A stretch of DNA of 64,000 nt from Verrucomicrobiia bacterium. Its GTDB lineage: Bacteria > Verrucomicrobiota > Verrucomicrobiia > Limisphaerales > UBA11358. Location of the stretch: the NCBI GenBank assembly GCA_049280815.1, contig JBAPQW010000053.1:125108-189107 (forward strand), in the 5' to 3' direction. The position numbers and the translations under genes are program-made. The first letter of the stretch is position 1. Every line of letters starts with the position of its first letter. Under the pieces are notes generated by a model. The model worked only from the letters and a program-made list of their open reading frames with translations, ran no database searches and had not been told where the DNA came from. Shown piece by piece: positions 63,736 to 64,000 of the stretch.

Positions 63736-63842
63736 TGAGCCAGCCGATGTCCGGCAAAGTTTTATCAATTAACACCCTTTCGGCAAGCCGCGATAATCTC
63801 GGCGGGCCGATTGAACTTTCAACCAGGAAATGAAAGGCAACC

Positions 63843-64000
63843 ATGAAAACAATATTAAGTCTTCTCTGCGGTTTGGGCTGCTGGTGGTTTGACGGCGGAA
63901 TGGCGGCCATGGCGGGTGACCCGTCTTTTACCAACCTTGCACCGGTTCGCATCGGCCTTTACGATTCGCGCGCCGTGGCTTACGCCCACTTCTGGAGCGA
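63843..64000 (+). CDS. partial CDS (5' end only), signal-peptide protein
   Basis: The ATG at 63843 opens MKTILSLLCGLGCWWFDGGMAAMAGDPSF... and stays open to the window end. It is divergent from the LysR gene. Confidence 0.35.
   Translation, partial: MKTILSLLCGLGCWWFDGGMAAMAGDPSFTNLAPVRIGLYDSRAVAYAHFWS

Noticed and set aside
60957-63738. 557-aa and 319-aa plus-strand ORFs
   Set aside because: They are antisense to pilN/pilM and to the LysR regulator.

Overview
High-GC (roughly 60%), gene-dense chromosomal window with about 50 protein-coding genes on both strands. By eye I found no rRNA, tRNA, CRISPR array, transposase, integrase or phage genes. Content is mostly housekeeping: vapBC; a beta-carbonic anhydrase; rpmI-rplT-pheS; an aldo/keto reductase; dnaB-bamA-[2131-aa SBBP/Ig-repeat protein]-skp; two MFS transporters; two OmpR/histidine-kinase pairs plus extra receiver proteins; hemW; cspA; a secreted VWA protein; gltBD; a membrane-tethered ECF sigma fusion; mnmA; a second giant (1570-aa) repeat protein; prs-rplY-pth-rpsF-ssb-rplI; ilvB; a manganese locus (mntR divergent from OM barrel-mntH-uspA); pilMNOPQ; and a LysR regulator. 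The giant Ig-repeat secreted proteins, GC-rich REP hairpins, long antisense shadow ORFs and weak Shine-Dalgarno signals suggest a PVC/Verrucomicrobiota-like Gram-negative, but this is inference only. I did not find a convincing novel multi-gene system such as a defence island. The strongest unannotated signals are: (1) a Val-rich 23-codon leader ORF plus terminator hairpin just upstream of ilvB, a classic attenuator architecture; (2) an AT-richer dnaB/MFS spacer with two 37-nt direct repeats flanking a 114-nt inverted-repeat-closed structured element; (3) a giant secreted repeat protein wedged between bamA and skp, starting 1 nt after the bamA stop; (4) two copies of a 16-bp MntR-box-like site in the divergent Mn locus, which also has an OM beta-barrel gene upstream of mntH; (5) a perfect 34-bp palindrome between an EF-hand protein gene and a two-component system; (6) two REP-like hairpin families, one of which supplies the stop codons of two genes; (7) near-identical 504-bp in-frame tandem repeats in the second giant gene. 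Coordinates were derived by hand. Functional calls rest on motif recognition from memory, and no database search or folding program was run.
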